From Octopus bimaculoides (lineage: Eukaryota): a stretch of DNA of 64,000 bases. The notes beneath the pieces are model-generated. The model was not told the origin of the DNA and did not search any database. It saw only the letters and a program-made list of their open reading frames with translations. The stretch is taken from positions 59,289,561 through 59,353,560 of the forward strand of contig NC_068985.1 of the NCBI RefSeq assembly GCF_001194135.2. Direction: 5' to 3'. This document shows positions 39,047-52,942 of this stretch, one piece after another. The stretch's first letter is position 1. Each line of letters starts with the position of its first letter. The position numbers and the translations under genes were made by a program.

Positions 39047-39524
39047 ATGAGATAATATATTAGATAGAATAATGCCTGTATTGATGATTAGATAGAATAA
39101 TGCGCTCATCTGCATTAAAGGAGTGACTTATATGGTGACCAGAAAATAATAATGAAATGCAAAGGTGATTAAGATGATGTGAATTTTGAAGTGGAAGAGG
39201 AGAATGATCATGGTGGCAGTGATGATGATGATCATGGTGCTGAGAAATAAAGTCATAGCGCAGAGTAGGCGTGGGACTAGAGAGGGAATGAACTAGTTAT
39301 AGATTCATTGTTGTAGAAGTCAGGATGGTGCTTGATAATGTTATGAGTAACATGAACGATGGCAACTGAAACAGTGAAGATAATGATTGTGACAATGACA
39401 ATCATGACGATAATGATGCTGATGAAGATGATGACGATGATGATATTGTTGGGGGGGGGGGTCCAGTTGCTGATGATGAAGATAATAATGTTGTTGATTG
39501 TGATGAATGCGATGATGATAATTA

Positions 39525-39738
39525 TTTCTATCCTAGCCACAAGGCCTTGGAAATTTTGGGGAAGAGGCCTAGTCGATTACATCGACCCCAGTGTTTTACT
39601 AGTACTAAATTTATCAACTCCGAAAGGATGAAAGCAACATTGACCTCGGCGGAATTTGAATTCAGAACGTAGCGACAGGCGAAATACCGCTAAGCATTTC
39701 CTCCAGCGTGCTGACGATTCTGCCAGCTCACCGCCTTT
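39525..39738 (-). mobile_element. SINE family A, full length
   Basis: Minus strand: aaggcggtgagctggcagaatcgtcagcacgctgg..ctgaattcaaattccgccgagg..ggggtcgatgtaatcgac..ggccttgtggctaggatagaaa. Confidence 0.9.
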
Positions 39739-40089
39739 GTGATGACGATAATAATGACAACGGATAACGAATTGACTTTATGATATTAATGTCTAAAATG
39801 TATTTTTAAATGAGTGAAAATCAAATCAAAACTATTGAAAATGTCATTGATATTATGAAGTGAAAGGTGTGACAAGTGGAATTTAGAGGAAGATGGTATA
39901 ATATTTATTCGTTTCTACTCTAAAAGTTTTTCAGAGAATACAAAGTTACAAGGTGTTGCAGCTTGTCACTTTAATTAAATGGACTATTGTTGCGTTTCTT
40001 CTTTAAATCATACTATTTGACACCAAAGAATAATTACTGTCTTTGTGGTTCTTCTTATTGTTATTATTATTATTATTACTGCTACCATC

Positions 40090-40500
40090 AAGGCAGGGAA
40101 TTGGCTGAATCGTTAACACACCGGTCAAAATGCTTCCCTCTTCAGGTACTGATTTCAAATTCCGCCGAGGTCGATAGCCTTTCGGAGTGAATAAAATAAG
40201 TACAAGTTGAACACTGAGGGTAATGTAATCGACTTACTCCTACCTCGAATTTGCTGGCCTTTTGCCAAAATTTAAAATCATTATTATTGTCTTCAAGGCA
40301 GCCAGCTGGCAGAATCATTAACAACTCGGACAAAATGTTTAGCGACATTTCCTCCGTCTTAGCATTCTGGGTTCAAATTCCACCGAGGCCGACTTAACTT
40401 TTCGGTGTCAATAAAGTAAGCCCCAGTTAAACACTGGAGTTAAGGTAATCGACGAACCCCCATCCCCACAAAATTTCAGACCTTGTAACTTTGATAGAAT
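40090..40500 (+). mobile_element. Two head-to-tail SINE family A copies (40090-40288, 40295-40500)
   Basis: Each has the aaggca..ggc(t/a)gaatc head, ttcaaattcc B box, core and tail. Confidence 0.8.
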
Positions 40501-41937
40501 TACTCTTGTTTTTTTATATTTTATTTTCGGTGGAGTTACTACCTTTAGCTGTTTAGCCTCAAGACTGTTCTGGTTTAGTCCACTTATTACCCATAGTTGT
40601 TCAATGAGTAACCATCTTTTTTCTTGTTTCTGTTCAGATACATTGCACCTATAATCACATGATCCAGTCGACTTTCATGATGTGTTAGGGAATATTTGAC
40701 TACTATTTCAAAATAGTGGAGTGACCACCAAGAGTCACTCACAATGACGCACTGTCGCTTGTTTTTTTAGTCAACCCCAGAAAAGGCTTCCTTATGCAGA
40801 CTCATGGCTTGGATTCTTCCAGATATGGCCATCTTGTCATTATAGGAAGAGCATCAATAACATCATTACTAAACGTGTCATTCATAGTTTAAAATTGTGA
40901 TGTTTAGATACGAAGGATTTTAGATATTTAACTGCTGTCCTTAGCTTCTACGTGATCCCTCTACCATATAGAAGCGCTCCCTATTGTTGTTATTTACCAA
41001 ATCTATGGCAAAAAGCTATCCAGCCATGGTTATCTCGTCTTGATGTAGGAATATTTTTGAAGTTATTATCCTATTATCCAATAAGATTCTTCACAGCCTT
41101 AAGAAAATAGTATCACTTGTAGGATATTTCATAATTATTACTGAAATTACAAACGACTACGTGGAGCTTCGTCATTAGCTCTTTAGGTCTAATTTGTATC
41201 TTGATTATTTTCCTGTTCCGATGTGGTTCCATACCACAGACATAACCCCTTCACTTGCACTGATAGCATGTTTAGCAAAGATTAAATATTAAACGTTACA
41301 TATTAAGTTGCTGTGTCTGTGGAGAGTCATGCTCTTTTAGTGCCGTATTATTTAACACACTCACTGGTAAAGTTTTCACTCATTTACTTATTTATTTTTG
41401 CTCAAAGTTTCGTTGCATGTTGCAACCTTTTCAATAGTCGTTGACTCTGTCCGTTAAATATTAAAATGAAACGTTTAAACTTAAGATTGTGCTCCGTTAA
41501 TAAATTAAAACTTTTAGCTTCTTTTTATATCAATTATTATATCAAGTCACTCCAATTAAAGAATGGCTGCATGAATTGATAGCTAACCTATACATCCAAA
41601 TATACAAAATATTGAAATATGTTGTTTGGCTGCTGTTGTTGTTTTATCACAGAGTTTCATTTAAAAGTGCCTTCTCTAAAAATGTCAAGCCAGCCACTTT
41701 GTTACGCTTCTTTAAAGAAACCTCTGTAAGGAATCGACAATAGTTGGTTAACGATCCTGCCGGAATCATAGATACTCCTTTCCTGACACGTTCTACTCAG
41801 ATCTGCTTTATACAGTATATTCATCAGTTTTATGACGGTAGCATAAACATCAAATAAGTCTTCGCTGTTTATTCTTGTATTTATTAATATCTCGATAATA
41901 AATATCTTCCATCAAATATTTGATTTTGTTTTTCCAG

Positions 41938-41980
41938 TTATGCTACCAACAAATATCCTGACATCAGCTGCAGAAATGAA
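41938..41980 (+). CDS. Host gene antepenultimate exon (xMLPTNILTSAAEMx)
   Basis: Acceptor tttgattttgtttttccAG, donor AA|gtaggc; phase 1 to phase 2; joins in frame to 46046. Confidence 0.6.
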
Positions 41981-42438
41981 GTAGGCAAATATTATTAGTA
42001 TCATTAGGCTTGAGAGAGCTATTTATATAACATTTCCCGTTTAAAATGATGTATCTTTCCCATGTGTGATCTAATACATACTAAGTACACAGATTCTGCC
42101 GCCTGTGTACCATAGAGCCAATGTTGCTAATTTTAATGACAGAGTAGGTATTAGTAATATCTTTTCAAGTCTTCTATTTATTGTAAAACTATATACAATG
42201 CGACAAAAAACATAGGTATCAAATGCCTCATTGGTGTTACGATACGAAATTATCGCCCCTTCGTAGTCTATCTTACTGTATTGTAGTAAATTAATTTGTT
42301 TATTCGGTATGGTATAAAGGACTGAGCAATAGATGATAATACTGAGTGTTATATCGCTGAAGATTATTTATAACCATAAACATGTGATCGAGTTTAAGAA
42401 GTCTAATCCACAACTACATAGTTTGTGGTTCTATTAGA

Positions 42439-42635
42439 TTTAACTTGCTTCAGTCACTAGACGACCACTACACAGAAGCACCGCCTTGAAGGGTTTAATC
42501 GAACAAATTGACCAAAGTACTTTTTTTAAAAACCTGGTACTTATTCTATTGTTCTCTATTTTTCCGAACTGCCAAGTAACAGGGACATAAACAAAGCAAT
42601 ACCGGTTGTCAAATGGTGGTAGGGGACAAGACGCA
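42439..42635 (-). mobile_element. SINE family B, 3' half
   Basis: gcaccgccttgaagggttt..ctggtacttattctat..ccggttgtcaa..ggggaca, next to (TACA)n. Confidence 0.7.
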
Positions 42636-43291
42636 CACATGCATAATACATGCAATTTTATATACATACATACATACATACATACATACAAACATACATT
42701 CATACATACATACATACATACATACATACATACATACATACATACATGCATACATGTGCCTTATTATACATACATACATACATGTGCCTTATTATTATTA
42801 AAGCTGTAAAAATATCACAAATATATCACAAAAAACTGCTACTCAAAGTTTCACGTTCCCGTTCGTTGGATAGTTTAGATTGAGAATGGAACAAAATAAA
42901 GTGTGTATGTATAAAATATACATTTGGTATTGACAGATACACATTTGAAGTCGGTTTCTTTATATTGGTCCTTTCAAAGAACGGTTTTTTTTCTAATCAG
43001 TGATGATAGGTTTAAAATCTTATGTGAGATCGAAGAAAACCTTAAATAAAAATAAAATTTTAAAAATAACTGTTATTAGAAAGAAAAACATAGATACCCA
43101 GAATAAATTAATCAATGGTAGAATACGTTTAATTAAAAATAATGTCTGTTTATAATAATTTTCACTTACATAAATCAGACGGCCTAAAAACTCAGTAGCA
43201 GTGTTTTGTGATATTTTTGTGCTGTATTTGCAGATTTAATAATAATAAAGCATATTACTCTATCTCCGGTATTCGAGTGCTATTTTTCCCA

Positions 43292-43417
43292 CAGTTTCCG
43301 TCTATCAAATCCACTCACAAGGATCTGGTCGAGCATATAGTATATGACACTTGCCCAAGATATCATGCAGTGGACTGAACTCAGAACCATATGGCTTAGA
43401 AGCAAACATCTTACCAC
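43292..43417 (-). mobile_element. SINE family B, 5' half
   Basis: cagtttccgtctatcaaatccactcacaagg..gacacttgcccaag..gactgaactcagaacca. Confidence 0.75.
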
Positions 43418-43696
43418 TCTACTTACCGGTAGAGTAAAAGTATTTGAAATAAGTAACAAAAATTTATTCGCCTATAAATTTATAAATTTGTAAATTCATA
43501 AATTGAATCGCCTATATATATCAATAAAAGAGTCATTTTGCTAATTCTTGAACAAGACATTTTATTTCACGTTGCTGCATTTCACTTAGCTATAGAGAGC
43601 TGTTGCGAAATCACTGGTGCCAAGTTGTATCGTATTTTACCTTTCTCTTGGTTAACATTGGTGGCGTAGAGAGAGGAAGGAGGCGTGTATGCATGT

Positions 43697-43805
43697 GCGA
43701 CTACTGGTCTTCGAGAAGCAACTTTGCCCGGACTTGTGCCCCGAAGGGTAACTTTCTAGGTGCAATCTCATGGTCATTCATGACCAAAGGGAGTCTTTAC
43801 CCTCT
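43697..43805 (+). mobile_element. 3' fragment of the SINE family seen at 7465-7810
   Basis: gggtaactttctaggtgcaatctcatggtcattcatgac is shared in reverse complement with about 7490-7530. Confidence 0.8.
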
Positions 43806-45498
43806 ACCCATTTTTCTAAACTAAATGACATATTTTGTTACTTCTTGAGGTGAGTATTGTGGAATAAGGAATACACACACTGGTTTAATTTTACTTATAT
43901 TATTATTATCCGTCAACTAGTTAACCGGTTAACCAATTCACTGATCGATTGTTTGATTAACTGTTCAGTCATTCAGTTCAAAACTAGGTTTACCAAAGCC
44001 TTTTCGTTGGCATTCTCTCAATTAACAATGACAGAACTCCACTCCCAAGATGAGACAATATCTGCTTCAACACTCGATTATGCATCAAGAATCTTGTGGA
44101 ACAAATATGAAATCGAAATGACCGAAATATCTATTCACAAATACTTATATTTCGTCAATGCTACAAAAGCAGATGAGTGAGTTGTGTGCCACTCATTAAA
44201 TATTACTCCCGCAATTTCATTATCATATACAAGGAAATGAATCTGGTAAAAAAAAAGAACACACTGTTAAAAATAAACTTTAAACAACCTCACTTCTCTC
44301 TGCAAGCCCTTACGTAGTTTATATGCATTATGTATAACTAGAATAACCGTCTCCTCGGTAATGATGACGAGTGTCACTAAAGTTTGTGGTAATTACATTT
44401 GGGTTTGCATGTATGAATGTTCGATTTTTGTTGGAGGTATTATTGAAAATTGTACAAGAAGAAAGTTGCTAATCAGAATACGAGGATGTAAATATATATT
44501 CCAAAATGACAATAAACTTAAAGGAAAATAATTAAGTTGTGTACGTCACTTCCCAAATATTATACAGATTTGATTAATTTTAATATATACAGTATATAGT
44601 AGTCAATGACTCACACATTATTCTAGATTATGTTATTTTCTACAATAAACGTTCAACGTGTATATGTTGTGAAAGTTTATGTATTCAAAACTACTAAAAT
44701 ATATGCATATTTACACATGGGTACATGATCTTTCAAAAAGGTTACATATATTTTGTATAGGTTTTCAAGGGGCAGAAGGTCTAGTTTATGCAAAAGGTTC
44801 ACATTTATAACTTATATGAGACATTTCGAAGAAACTACAAATCTAAATAATAATGAGAATTATTATTCACATTCATTGCAAAATTTCTTCAAGAATGACA
44901 TTTCTTGAACATACTTGAGGATGCAACAATACACCTTCTGAATTTTGAATCTCTTATATCAAATTATATCGATACATATATNNNNNNNNNNNNNNNNNNN
45001 NNNNNNNNNNNNNNNNNNNATATATATATATATATACTCACATATTATAATTTTATTGTTGCATGGTAGCTGAAGAATATGGGAATGAACTCAGAAAACT
45101 ACCAAGTTTCAATTTTCAGCTTGTACTATTTCACTCTATATGTTCTCCAAACGATTAATGTGAATCTTCTGGTATACACAGTATACTCGAAAACATGAAG
45201 AAATTACGCACGTATATTCTGCATAAAATGAAATAAATCTAAAATGTTGAAGTAAACAAATACGAGATTTAAATTAGAAAATACTTGACGTTTTATCAAT
45301 GTGAAAATCTATTTGCATTTTGTAATTAAGTTCTTGTCTCGGCGTAATATTTGCATCTTGCTATAAGTGGAAAACGATTTGATAATTAATTGTGAACTTG
45401 TATATTTTTGTGAATTATTTATCAGGATTTTATAGTGTTATTATTCATGAATGTGGAGAGTATATATGTGTTATATGTGTGTCTGTGTATGTATTTAC

Positions 45499-45535
<37 letters not shown>

Positions 45536-45545
45536 NNNNNNNNNN

Positions 45546-45583
<38 letters not shown>

Positions 45584-46045
45584 TTTGTGAATGCAAATAG
45601 ATATTTTCATTAATAATCACAAAGTATTACTGTATATCATACTCATATACGTGCTATATGTACATACATACGCACATACATACGCACATACAAGCGTGCA
45701 CGCATGCATATATCCATAAATACATACATACATATTTTTCTTGCGCATGTACATACTTCTGTGTGTGTACACACATTCAGTTTAACCCAAGAGGATGTAC
45801 TGTTAGTAAATACATATTTTTGTCTCACTACAAAGCAACGGGTTTTTCTCTGTTGTCGACGAGAAAAGAGATCAATCTCACAAATTTTCCCTGTAAGTCT
45901 AACACCTGTGATTATTAAAGCATGTTCTTGTAAGTTTACTTTACATTAGCACCAAGTTTATTCTATTATAAACCAATTCTCATTGCTAAGTCTTTTAATT
46001 ATATGCAGGTTAGATAAGCCAGTTTAGTTCTATCCGATTTCACAG

Positions 46046-46114
46046 ATCCTACACCGGCATCCACAAAGGAACATGTCTTCAGCTGGTGCAGCGTGCTCAC
46101 GATCGCAGTAGAAT
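46046..46114 (+). CDS. Host gene penultimate exon (xSYTGIHKGTCLQLVQRAHDRSRx)
   Basis: Acceptor tatccgatttcacAG, donor AT|gtatga; 69 nt, phase 2-2; GC-richer than the flanks. Confidence 0.6.
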
Positions 46115-46994
46115 GTATGAGTGACCTTGATCTATCTTCACTATGCTAACATCAATATCGCACTATGCCAATTAGTGTTTAAGTAATTTGATGATTAATA
46201 CAACTTAAAAAATAATTTATATATAAGAGCAACTTATTTCTGGGAAATTTTAATTTCAGAGTGGAAAAACTTTACAGTGAATTTTATACGAGTGGATTTC
46301 TTGAGTCATAATCAATGCCTCGACTATTTACGACGTTTTAAATCACAAGATATATTTACCAAAGGCGATTATGTTGCAAAGACACGAGCTGTTTTACACG
46401 AAAAATTGTCATATGATTTCTATGAAGTTCCTCCAAAGTAATCTTCTGTAAGAGCTCTTGCCATAAAACGACGTCAAAAGAAAGATTATGTTGCTGCAAA
46501 ACATGTACCGCATTTGCTTGCATAGGAACAAAAAAAAAACCGTGTCACCCTCAATCAGCTGCTTTGTTTCTTTCGAGTTCTAATGAAAACATTTTTTTTC
46601 AGAAGTGACAAAAGAAGTGATGAGCTGTGGTTGTGCGGTTACGATATCTATCGTTGTAACTACTAAAAAGAAAAAGAAAAATGAAGGTCTTTTTTGATTG
46701 GTAAGATATAATTATTTATAGGCATATTCTAAGGTCCCATTGGACAGATAAAGTGCTTTACTATGTTGTCCTGAAGCGTTGGCGAGAAGCAATGTGAACA
46801 AGGGAACTTGATATATCGGAAACAAAACAAATATGATGCACCACGTAACGCATCTGCTGACGGGTCAGGAATTATCCTTGACGATTTAGAATAGCAAGAG
46901 AAGCCTCTTGTCCCTCAATCGCCCTACTTTACTGATTTAGCTCGTACCTGGGTATATTTCGGTTCGGTTCGAAATTAAAAAGCTAGTAGAAAAT

Positions 46995-47228
46995 TTGGCC
47001 CATTGCAGGAGATAGAAAACAAAAATAAAAAAGTATATTCACAAAAAGAAATACCCAGCATGCTTGAAAAAGCGTCACATAACCGATTTTAATTCTAGCA
47101 AAACACTTTGAGAGGGACTTATCAAAAATGGTGCCACTAGTTTGAACGAGAGTGGTCTTATTGAATTGTAAGTGAAGCAATAACTTTATTTTTTCAAAGA
47201 TTTTCGTTTCTTTTTGGACAGGCATCGA

Positions 47229-47231
<3 letters not shown>
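46995..47231 (-). mobile_element. Possible mariner-type terminal fragment
   Basis: The minus strand begins TA-ttcgatgcctgtccaaaaagaaac, resembling mariner TIR starts; no partner TIR found. Confidence 0.3.
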
Positions 47232-47261
<30 letters not shown>

Positions 47262-47997
47262 TGTATGTATATGAATGTATGAATCCATTTTCCACCAGTG
47301 TGAACAACACGTGATTGTTTCTACTTATTCTATTGATGTGTAATAATTAAAGATATAATGTTATTACATCAGTAGAGAGCAAGAAAAAACTTCCCTTTGA
47401 ATGGGTGTAATTAATTAATTACCCCAATTCTTGACTAATTTTTGCATCTATCTCTTCATTGGTTAGATTTAACCGAGAACGTAAGGGATGCTAACTCAGT
47501 GCCACAGATCATGTTTATAGCCATTATAGTCTTACTAGATATTGTTACAGTCCAACAAGAGAAGACTTCTGACACAGGTTCGCCCCGCACATGAGTCAGA
47601 AAATACAAGGGTGAGTGGTTAGTTGATCAAACTAGTCTTAATATTTGATTAGTACTTTATCAACCTTGAATAGATGAATGGCAAAGTTGACGTTTATAGT
47701 ATATAAAATCAGAACGTAAAACCTTTTCGTTGATGGTGCAGGGTATCTTGCTTGAAAGTGTTTAGTTACAAAAAATTAATTTCTCGAGCTGCCGTTCAAA
47801 GGGAAAAGGTCCGGCGTAGGAGTTTGAACCCCAACCACGAAATTTTCAGTTCACGATCAAGAGTAAGCTACAATCTGGTCATACGAGTTCCACGTGAACA
47901 ACATAAAAGTCGACCTCTCAGCTTGAAGATCATCCCAAATATTCCTGAGATTCGCGCCCTTTTTCCCTAGTTAAACAGTTTTGCACTTAAATTACAG

Positions 47998-48076
47998 GAG
48001 AGTGATGTTGGCAATCCAGCAGGACAGATCTTCGCTGTCAAGCAACAAACTAAAGAAAAATCACAAAAATGAATAA
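47998..48076 (+). CDS. Host gene terminal coding exon (xRVMLAIQQDRSSLSSNKLKKNHKNE*)
   Basis: Acceptor ttttgcacttaaattacAG; in frame with the upstream exon; TAA at 48074-48076; AATAAA at about 48145 and 48218. Confidence 0.55.
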
Positions 48077-49279
48077 GCTGTCTTGTATTTTTTTTTTTTT
48101 TTTTTCACCTTCGAGATAGCAAATGGCCGAGAAAATGGAGTTAAATAAATTCTTACAAACTATTCTTGTAACCAGTAATGATTTCATAATCTGTATAAGC
48201 GTGCATGCATAGTCTGTGAATAAAATCTGCTGTTAAGCATTCGCGAGTTTGTTTTCGTTATAATATAGGCAGCCAGCCCGATCTTGCATTCAATTAATGA
48301 TTCTAGAATATTAGTCATTCTCATAATAATTCTACAACATTAGTCACTCGACCCCGCAAAAATAGTGACTCAACGAAGAAAGCCACACAACGACCAATCA
48401 CGCGAAAAAGAGATATGAAATAGAACGCAAAGATCTGCAAGGCATCGAACAATTCTTCCAGTGAAAGTTTATGATCAAAATATATGACTTGTTGGACAGG
48501 CTGATGACGGAAATCATAAACCTTGATGTGTTTCATGATTTGTTATTTAGTCATTTGATGACAAAACTTCAAAACATGTTGCGGTCATTTCCTTTGTTTA
48601 GTTTTCTTACTTTGTTTTCTGTTTTGAACAAAAGAATATATGTTCACATCAATTTCCAGTTCCACAGTGAAACTCTTACAAACTATATCTTAACTCTTTT
48701 TACCATTTAGTTTTCCTAAGACATGCTGTGTTCTGTAAAAAATTCATTAATCATTCAAAGATGCCACCAATAAACTCACAAGATGCAAATTTATCGAGCC
48801 AGTAGAACTAATGTATTGGATAAGATATATTTAAATACGCTTCTTTGAGGGACACAGAGAAGAGGGATTCTTAATGATTGTTAACCAAACCGTGGAACGA
48901 TTTAAGGCTATCGTTGTATTTCACTCTGAGAACAAAATGTATTTACATATCTCTAAATTTCCTACACAAGACTTAAGCACATTAAATTTATCTCGGGTTT
49001 TTCAATACAAGGTCGAATGGTTCTGACGATTCCTTCATGACGAGATCTTCGGTTCCATTCCACTGCATGAAAACTAGGAAAGGTTTTTCTCCCCATAGCT
49101 TTGTGAGTAAAAATCTTTGCAGGCACGTCAAGGATTATTTTGACTGCACCTAAAGGAATTGGCTATATTTTGGAATGCTGTAAACAGCATTCCTATTTTC
49201 ATTGAATTCTATTGTTATTATTTTCTAGAAAGTCGATGTTGATATGCTTAACACTACTACTATCCACGCTATCACCTTT

Positions 49280-49335
49280 ATTATTATTGTTGTTATTATT
49301 ATTATTATTATCATTATTATTATTATTATTATTAT

Positions 49336-49389
<54 letters not shown>

Positions 49390-49474
49390 CAGAAGCAGCA
49401 GCAGCAGCAGAAGCAGCAGCAGAAGCAGCAGCAGAAGCAGCAGCAGAAGCAGCAGCAGAAGCAGCAGCAGAAGT

Positions 49475-49506
<32 letters not shown>

Positions 49507-49523
49507 TAGTAGTAGTACTTCTT

Positions 49524-49563
<40 letters not shown>

Positions 49564-49570
49564 CTATCTT
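49280..49570. repeat. Compound trinucleotide microsatellite (ATT/AGT/AGC with 12-bp AGAAGCAGCAGC units/CAT)
   Basis: Direct inspection. Other long SSRs lie at 5853-5935, 12649-12727, 23977-24069, 35395-35580, 36743-36797, 58687-58822 and 61502-61608. Confidence 0.95.
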
Positions 49571-49730
49571 CATCATCATCCTCATTTTCATCACCATTAC
49601 ATTATTTCAATGAAATAAAAATAAAACGTGAAAATCAGACTAAGTTGGAATTTCATTGTTTTATATATTCTTCTATACACAACCATTCAGACAGGGCGCT
49701 GAAATCTACAAGTTTATTTCCTCTTATTCC

Positions 49731-49766
49731 TCTCTGATGAAGAGCGTATGCTCCAAACGTAAAAGA
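49731..49766 (+). ncRNA. Degenerate minimal hammerhead motif in a short repeat
   Basis: tct-CTGATGA-a-gagc gtat gctc-cAAA-CGTA-aaaga: G12 is mutated to C and helix III is reduced to palindromic ACGT. Probably inactive. Confidence 0.45.
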
Positions 49767-49870
49767 CTTCTTCATTTTTCCCGAGCGCCAAACTAATACA
49801 CTTGCTTATTGTTCATACACCGGTCTTCGTGTTTTGCTTTTCTATATATTTCAACTATATAAATATATAT

Positions 49871-50121
49871 AAGTAATATTCGTAGCCACTTTAACATGGT
49901 TGTCAGTTCGAGCTGAACCTCCTGCGATTTTTTAACCCCAACAAGACATTTCGTCTAGATGGTTAACGATGCACAGCTGCATCCGTTAAAATTGCTCGCA
50001 ATTTATCGAATGCAGCTGTGCATCGTTAACCGTCTAGACAAAATGTCTTGTTGGGGTTAGAAAATCGCAGTAAAGTCCGCTCGAACGGACAACCATGTTA
50101 ATGTGGCTACGAATATTACTT
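49871..50121. mobile_element. 251-bp near-perfect palindrome (MITE-like fold-back)
   Basis: aagtaatattcgtagccac..aacatggttgtc..ccccaacaagacattt..gatgcacagctgcat..aattg-ctcg-caatt..reverse complement..gtggctacgaatattactt. Confidence 0.85.
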
Positions 50122-50489
50122 GTCAGTACAACTACTGTGTTGATCTCCTAGAGAGATTTTTTAACTAGCATTTTTGTTTATATATTTATATGAATGTATA
50201 TGAGTGAACAGAAATGTGCATGACGCACAACAAATATGCATGAGACTAGGAATAAGGAATAATTGTTTGGCTATATTTTGGAATGTTGGAAGTATTTTGG
50301 AATGTTGTCTTCATTGAATTTTATTGTTACTGTTCCAGAAATTTCAATCGAGTCAATGTTCATATGGTTACCACTACTCGGATCCTCACCTTCATTATTG
50401 TTGTTGTCAGTGGTGGAGTTGGTATCAGTAGTAATAGCAATAGTACATATCATCACCATTATCATTATAATTATCACTGTTATTATAAC

Positions 50490-51290
50490 TGTTCATTTAA
50501 AACGGATTTCAGTTTATCAATAAAATTCTTTTCTCTGACATTTTTCTCAACTTCACTTGAGTTGTGTAGTTTGTAGAATGGGTATATTATAAAGTTTTCT
50601 GACCACATGTTGCCAGATGGTAGCTTACAGGGTCCCTAATATGCTGCCCATGCGCACGTAAATGATCCGATAATGCATTTCCAGTCTGACCAATGTGCAT
50701 CTCTTCACAATTCGGGATTTTAATGCAGTAAATTAAATTTCTACTTTTGCAGTTCATATTTTCATTTGTAAATATTCTTCCAGGTTTGCGCTCATATATG
50801 GACGGGTATGAATGAACTGACATATACCGTATCGATTATCATTGCATTTAGATACAATGAAAGATTCGTCGTTGTTGCTTAGATCAAACTTTTGTTAATC
50901 ATTGTTTCAAGTTCTTCGGCTGTTTTTTACTTAAAATCATAGCCCGATCCGTAATTAAATCCTCTAATTCATTACTTTGAGCAATGATCGTCAAGTTTGC
51001 TTTGGCAATGCTAAAGATGTTCTGCTAGCACAAATTGTGTGTCACTATAAATGGCATAACTTGTTATTTTTTTCCTCGTTTTGGGGTTGACCTAAATTGT
51101 TGAATGGGTATTTCTATAGCGCTGTACGCTATAAGTAAAGATGGGTATTTTTGTTTGAGTAGAAATTCTTTGAGTTCTATTAGGCGTTTGTCTCTGGTAT
51201 TCACATCTTCTACAATGGTGCAAATTTTTCTGACTAGGCAGTATGGAAATTAAGATGGCACGATTTAAAGTTCAAGTATTGATGCGTGTC
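50490..51290 (-). mobile_element. Penelope-like element fragment with GIY-YIG domain
   Basis: MNCKSRNLIYCIKIPNCEEMHIGQTGNALSDHLRAH..; C-terminal IPFYKL..EKNFIDKLKSVLN. Confidence 0.8.
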
Positions 51291-51338
51291 TGTGTGTATA
51301 TATAAATAGTATAGCTATATAGAAACGCATACACTACA

Positions 51339-51377
<39 letters not shown>

Positions 51378-52142
51378 NNNNNNNNNNNNNNNNNNNNNNN
51401 NNNNNNNNNNNNNNNNNNNNNNNNNNTATATATATATATATATATATATATCCCTAAGACACGAGCGGTTCCCCTGCACTTTATTACTTCATAACTTTCG
51501 TTGTGTAGCTTCTAGCAAGAAAATTATAAATTATGTAATTAATGCACATTCCTCTTTGGCCATCGTATAATCAATTAAGAAATTTCGCGAAAACGTTATA
51601 AGTCTTAATGGAAAAATAATTTGCTTAATATATTTGGTTTGGAACTATTTATTGCCTGTTCCGTTCATTTTAGCTGAAAGATTCTCATTCGCACAATTGT
51701 ACACACTGAAACACATACATAATAACATATATTCATATGTGTATATACGTGTGTGTGTGTGTGCGTGTGTGTGTGTCTGTGTCTGTGTGTGCGTGTGTGT
51801 GAATGTGTCTGTGTCTGTATGTACATACATATATAAATATATATAATATATAATTATATATTTCTATATTTACTTGTGGTGAGGCAACTATATACCTATG
51901 CTTGTATATATATAATTATACACACACACGTATGCATGCATATACACATGTGCGTTTATGTGTATACATACTGTAATATGCATGCATACACGCATAAACA
52001 TGCAGTGAAATAAGCTAAAACACACAAACACTCCTGAATACGCGCATGTAATTCATTTTACGGAATAATTGAGTCAATTTTTTGCGAATCCCTACTGATT
52101 TGCCGAAAGAATTAGAAGTATATTATAAGCTTTTTAAATCTA

Positions 52143-52208
<66 letters not shown>

Positions 52209-52224
52209 CATTATTATTATTATT

Positions 52225-52480
52225 CCTTCGTAACACAGTGTAGGTAAAAATGCACTGGAGTCTTTAGTCATCTGTGAAGTCACAACAAAGGCCTCAGACA
52301 GATAATACTTTCCTTAAGATGTGCGCTGTGCCTAATAAGGCTACTTTTTGCAAGACATCAATCTTGCATGGGATTTCCAGTTGCCTTAAGAAGTTTTGAA
52401 GTTTCAATGGGATTGAGCCCAGCGCTCCGATCACCACTGGTATCACTTTTACATTACCCTCTCTCATTCCATAATGTTAC
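52225..52480 (-). mobile_element. 5'-truncated R4-clade 3' end with (AAT)n tail
   Basis: KVIPVVIGALGSIPLKLQNFLRQLEIPCKIDVLQKVALLGTAHILRKVLSV*; tail at 52143-52224. Confidence 0.88.
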
Positions 52481-52582
52481 TTGCTGTCACCCGATAGGAA
52501 TGTTCTTGGCATCTAAGGCTACTTGTTGTAGCCCGATGTTAGGATTCATTTCTTTTCCAACAGTCGAATCTGTTGAGTGTAT

Positions 52583-52641
<59 letters not shown>

Positions 52642-52942
52642 TAATAATAATTGTTATTAGTATTATTACTATTATTTTAATGTTTTGGGAGTTTCTTTTT
52701 GGTGGGGAGGGGATGTTTCGTTTTCCTTATGCATTTTCTTGTCTATTTTCGTTTTAATTATGTATTTTGTTAAAATACTTCTGCATATATAGTGCCCAAT
52801 AAGGCATTGTTTCTCATGAAAGACATGGAGAGCATCTTCAATAATCATGCTCGATGACCTTCGAATTCCAATTAATATCTTTGCATGCATCGTCAGATAT
52901 TGCTTATCACTACATCCATATTTTTATATTCAGTTACCTTTT

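Noticed and set aside
40639-40690. Strong-looking splice acceptor (ttttttcttgtttctgttcAG)
   Set aside because: Appears to lie within interspersed-repeat-like sequence, with only a weak donor and stops in two frames.
49199-49618. Long ORFs with poly-S/T/N/A/H runs and (EAAA)n
   Set aside because: Open only because trinucleotide microsatellites lack stops; several overlapping frames on both strands are open and no splice context supports them.
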